From Thermoproteota archaeon (GTDB taxonomy: Archaea > Thermoproteota > Nitrososphaeria > Nitrososphaerales > Nitrososphaeraceae): DNA of 17,429 bases. The position numbers and the translations under genes are program-made. The stretch is taken from contig JBKPHJ010000160.1 in the NCBI GenBank assembly GCA_046729835.1, forward strand, positions 1 to 17,429, in the 5' to 3' direction. Under the pieces are notes generated by a model. It was not told the origin of the DNA, ran no database searches, and saw only the letters and a list, made by a program, of their open reading frames with translations. This document shows positions 15,629-17,429 of the stretch, piece by piece. Position 1 is the first letter of the stretch. Every line of letters begins with the position of its first letter.

Positions 15629-16180
15629 TTGTTAACGGTTGTTAATTTACATCCTGAAAAAGAAGCAGAGGATCAAATTCCATCGCCTTATGATTATGAT
15701 ATGACCAAAGACAGAGTAAATGACATACGGTTTCATGATAAAACAGAATATGACCTAAAAATGGCTCTAGCAGTCTCTGACTATCATGATTTCGCCGAAT
15801 ATATGACTGACCTAGCACAGGACGCGATTGGAGAGATAACACAAGAAGATAAAGTGAATGTTGTCAAGGATCTAAAAGAAGGGTTTCAAGAGATAATAAA
15901 TTCTAAACATAGAACTTTGACCAGGACTAGGAAGCTGAGATCCTATCATGATTTGATTGGTAAGAGATTTGATATCGACGATGTAATAAAGATACAGAGA
16001 AAAGATGATGTCCATACGATTTCGGATAAAATATTTGACTTTTCTGCAATAACAATCTCAAACTTAATAGAAGAAGGGGAAAGAGATGCTTTACATGAAA
16101 TTGTAAAGCACGAAGAGGAGAGGAGAAAATGGAAAAAGGATAAGGATGAAAAAACCAAGAAACCATCCGCGAGAGCTTGA
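15629..16180 (+). CDS. Hypothetical protein, 183 aa by TTG start (a shorter form from ATG 15703 is possible). Charged Lys/Glu-rich C-terminus.
   Basis: ORF only. No motif recognised. Confidence 0.4.
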   Translation: MLTVVNLHPEKEAEDQIPSPYDYDMTKDRVNDIRFHDKTEYDLKMALAVSDYHDFAEYMTDLAQDAIGEITQEDKVNVVKDLKEGFQEIINSKHRTLTRTRKLRSYHDLIGKRFDIDDVIKIQRKDDVHTISDKIFDFSAITISNLIEEGERDALHEIVKHEEERRKWKKDKDEKTKKPSARA

Positions 16181-16464
16181 CAAGATTTATCGAAGATGTG
16201 AAAAGTGAAAACACAGAATATGATGGATACATTCTAAGCATTGCACATAATTTACCCTAGCTGTGATTAATGGAAAGCAAGATTTAAAGAAGTATAGACA
16301 ATAACATCATCATCGTATTAGGGTGCACATGAATCAAGGCCCAAGGTAGCGGTGAACAGTTACGTGTAAATGAGATTTAAAAAAGTCTACTTGAAGTTAT
16401 AAGTAGGAGAGGCTGAAGAGCAAGAAAGCTATATGTACAAGTGATACAAAGTAGACTATAGAAT

Positions 16465-16773
16465 ATGGCGAAAGTTACCGTAGGAAAGGTTTCCGAAATA
16501 CCGGAGGGAAAGATGACGCATATGGTAGCTGGTGATAAAGATATTTTGGTAGCTAACGTAAACGGAAAGTATTATGCCACAAGCAATTCTTGTACTCATC
16601 AAGGAGCTGAGCTTCATGAGGGTGAACTGAATGGCAACGAATTAACTTGTCCTTGGCACAGCTCAAGATGGGATGTTACTACAGGTAATTTGAACTGGTT
16701 TCCGCAGAAACTCGAATCGTTAGGGTCATACAAAGTTACAATAGAAGGCGACGCCGTCTACGTTGAGGTTTAG
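16465..16773 (+). CDS. Small Rieske [2Fe-2S] ferredoxin (NirD/BphF-like), 102 aa.
   Basis: Rieske boxes CTHQGAEL (C-x-H) and CPWHSSRWD (C-x2-H) about 18 residues apart. Size and beta-rich composition typical of a Rieske ferredoxin component. Confidence 0.8.
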   Translation: MAKVTVGKVSEIPEGKMTHMVAGDKDILVANVNGKYYATSNSCTHQGAELHEGELNGNELTCPWHSSRWDVTTGNLNWFPQKLESLGSYKVTIEGDAVYVEV

Positions 16774-17016
16774 TCACATTAAAGACATTTCATGAGGATA
16801 AAGTAAGCAAAATGGACAGAGTTTAGAATTATTGGTATGAAGGAATACGTACAACAGAAATAATGGCTCTAAGCAAAGGTAACTTTGGTGAATCAATCAT
16901 GTGTTTAAACCATTGAAGTTTCAACTAAAATTGCTGGATAGTGCTTGATATCCTGGTACGGACATGATGTCGTTTAGATTTAACCGTAGTGACGGCCAAC
17001 AATAGAACATCATGAC

Positions 17017-17429
17017 TTGATATACAAAGCGGGCCAGTATGCTATTGTAGATCTCGAAACAAAGGAGGATCCAGAAGGGCCAGTGCGATCCTTTACAATC
17101 GCTTCATCTCCGACAGAGGGGGGATTCATCCTGATTAGTACCAGAATAAGAGATATACCATTTAAAAAGAAACTCGCAAATCTAAAACCGGGAACTCAGG
17201 TTAAAATTATTGTTCCAGCAGGAGACTTCGTTTTGCCTGATAATAATAATTCAACTTCTGTTGTGTTTCTGTCAGGTGGTATAGGGGTCACTCCATTTAG
17301 AAGTATGATAAGATAAGTTACAGATAAGCTGTTACCCAGGAGAATTGTTATGTTTGATTCTAACCGAAATGAGGAGAATATCCTCTACAGGAAGGATTTC
17401 GACGAAAGTGCAAATGCAAATGCAAATGC
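17017..17429 (+). pseudogene. FNR/PyrK-like oxidoreductase FAD/NAD(P)-binding domain gene. It is interrupted by an in-frame TAA (17314-17316) right after the NAD(P)-binding GGIGVTPFRSMIR motif and appears N-terminally truncated. It continues to the right window edge.
   Basis: RSFTIASSP is the R-x-Y-S FAD motif and GGIGVTPFRSM is the GGxGxxP motif. In the same frame, after the TAA, come VTDKLLPRRIVMFDSNRNEENILYRKDFDE, which look like the next conserved beta-strand of the family. Upstream in frame there is a stop at 16990-16992 and only a TTG start, although the FAD domain's normal N-terminal strands are missing. Confidence 0.5.
17410..17429. repeat. Hexanucleotide microsatellite (GCAAAT)x3.3 at the window edge, in frame with the FNR-like reading frame (ANANANA).
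   Basis: Direct reading. Truncated by the window end. Confidence 0.8.

Noticed and set aside
15642-16241. Minus-strand ORFs 15642-15842, 15927-16241 and 15946-16158.
   Set aside because: Antisense to the 183-aa plus ORF. The Leu/Ser/Phe-rich translations are typical of the antisense of a Lys/Glu/Asp-rich coding strand.
1-17429. I scanned by eye for CRISPR arrays, IS/transposase or integrase genes, rRNA, RNase P RNA and SRP RNA.
   Set aside because: I found no regularly spaced direct repeats, no DDE/HUH/tyrosine-recombinase motifs, and no long GC-rich structured-RNA block apart from the tRNA. Absence is by eye only; an Rfam scan could still find small RNAs in the two long spacers.

Overview
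This is an AT-rich, gene-dense archaeal chromosomal segment. All calls below come from reading the translations and sequence by eye; no search tools were run. The gene content (archaeal aIF-5A, RNase P protein subunits Pop5/Rpp30, rps3ae, a tRNA with two introns, several P-II paralogs, N-glycosylation-sequon-rich secreted proteins) suggests a thaumarchaeon (Nitrososphaeria); this is an inference.

Left and middle (1-8.6 kb) are mostly housekeeping genes: partial purA at the left edge, a YggX-like small protein plus a C2H2 zinc-finger protein, an orphan P-II signal protein, aIF-5A, a GT2 glycosyltransferase, hemB, an intron-containing tRNA-Tyr, and a Pop5-Rpp30-small ORF-S3Ae gene string on the minus strand.

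The right half looks more accessory. It holds a second P-II paralog broken by a 1-nt homopolymer frameshift, a signal-peptide/N-glycosylated protein with a Cna-B/SpaA-like motif, a mini class-III cyclase-homology-domain ORF, a locally GC-rich Zn-ribbon ORF, an SPFH/prohibitin gene with a Cys-rich 2-TM neighbour, and a Rieske ferredoxin followed by an FNR-like reductase carrying an in-frame TAA.

Two unusually long ORF-free stretches (about 0.8 kb and 0.7 kb) are present. I found no CRISPR array, rRNA, transposase, integrase or recognisable defence/toxin genes.
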